The position numbers were made by a program, and so were the translations under genes. Shown in pieces: positions 14,550-15,409 of a DNA stretch of 15,409 nt; position 1 is the first letter of the stretch, and every line of letters begins with the position of its first letter. The notes under the pieces are model-generated. The model saw only the letters and a list, made by a program, of their open reading frames with translations. It was not told the DNA's origin and made no database searches. This DNA comes from an uncultured bacterium (GTDB taxonomy: Bacteria; Lernaellota; Lernaellaia; Lernaellales; Lernaellaceae): NCBI GenBank assembly GCA_964534375.1, contig CAZHPN010000150.1, positions 1-15,409 on the forward strand, in the 5' to 3' direction.

Positions 14550-15409
14550 GCCGGATTGCGCCGCCGCGTGCGCGCGTAACCCTCGGCGGTGAGCACGGCG
14601 ATGGTCGCCAGATACGGGACCATCGCCAGGAAATATCCCAAATTCGGATTCTTGAAGAACGGCAAAAAAGGCAGGCCCTGCAAGTCGAGCAGGCCGCGGC
14701 GCAGCGCCCCGAAGAGTAAGGCGCCGACGGCCGCGCGCCAGGGCTTGAGCCGGCTGAAAATGACGATGCCGATGGCGATCCAGCCCTGGCCGCCGGTGAT
14801 GTTGTCGACCCAGCCCGGCGTAACCGCGAGGCTGCACGACGCGCCGGCCGCGCCGGCGAAGAGACCGCCGATTAGCACGCCGGCGATCCGCTGCCGCCGC
14901 GGCGATACGCCCAGCGCCCGCGCCGCGTCCGGCGCCTCGCCGGCGGCCTTGGCGAACAGGCCGAAGCGCGTGCGCTCCATCACGACCCACGAAGCGACCG
15001 TCGCGAGCGCGCCGAGCGGCACGATGACGTTGAACCGAAAAAGCGCGCGGCCCAGGAAGGGCAACTGATCGAGCCCGGCGATCGAGAACTCGGGCAGCGT
15101 CGGCCCCGCGACGCCGACGAGTCCGCCGCCGAGCACCGAGGCGAGGCCGGCGCCGAAGAAGCCGAGCGCCAACCCCGACACCACCGCGTCGCCGCCGCAA
15201 ACGACCACGCCGAACGCGTGCACCAGCGACAACGCGCCGCCGGCCGCCATGCCGGCCAGCAAGCCCAGCCACGGCGAACCCGTCGCGTGCGCGGTCCAGA
15301 AGCCGAACATCGCCGCGGCGAGCATCATCCCTTCGACGCCGAGATTGAGCACGCCCGACCGCTCCGCGAAAATCTCGCCGACCGCGGCGAGCAGCAACGG
15401 CGTCCCCGC
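14546..15409 (-). CDS. ABC transporter permease, nucleoside/simple-sugar (BPD_transp_2) type; 5' end lies beyond the right edge
   Basis: AGTPLLLAAVGEIFAERSGVLNLGVEGMML, RTRFGL..KAAGE.P.AA..LGV, GQGWIAIGIVIF, PYLATIAVL; the frame is open to the window end. Confidence 0.92.
   Translation of the reverse strand, partial: AGTPLLLAAVGEIFAERSGVLNLGVEGMMLAAAMFGFWTAHATGSPWLGLLAGMAAGGALSLVHAFGVVVCGGDAVVSGLALGFFGAGLASVLGGGLVGVAGPTLPEFSIAGLDQLPFLGRALFRFNVIVPLGALATVASWVVMERTRFGLFAKAAGEAPDAARALGVSPRRQRIAGVLIGGLFAGAAGASCSLAVTPGWVDNITGGQGWIAIGIVIFSRLKPWRAAVGALLFGALRRGLLDLQGLPFLPFFKNPNLGYFLAMVPYLATIAVLTAEGYARTRRRNPA

Overview
High-GC bacterial window. Left half (1-7810) is metabolic and transport genes: a GH4 NAD-dependent (phospho)glycosidase running off the left edge and missing from the ORF track, an LhgO-like FAD oxidoreductase, a divergent creatininase-family amidohydrolase, a GPH/MelB-type MFS transporter and a double FtsX/MacB-type ABC permease with no adjacent ATPase. 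The centre (8053-12651) is the most interesting part. A consensus sigma-54 promoter with a perfect upstream 13-bp inverted repeat (candidate enhancer) precedes three tandem paralogous lipoproteins. Each has a lipobox Cys23, an Asp-rich stalk, a 36-aa six-Cys module, a pure Asp/Asn stalk and a 7-repeat beta-propeller with a conserved framework but highly variable loops, which suggests a surface-displayed binder repertoire (inference). The right part holds a PaaI thioesterase inside a toxin-antitoxin turnover zone (intact hicB-hicA, an orphan DUF2283-like gene, and several relic copies including an in-frame three-gene mosaic). It ends with a GTAG-type REP cluster, one copy of which is split by a small hairpin insertion, and a nucleoside-type ABC permease running off the right edge. 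Family names come from motif recognition by eye; no database search was run.
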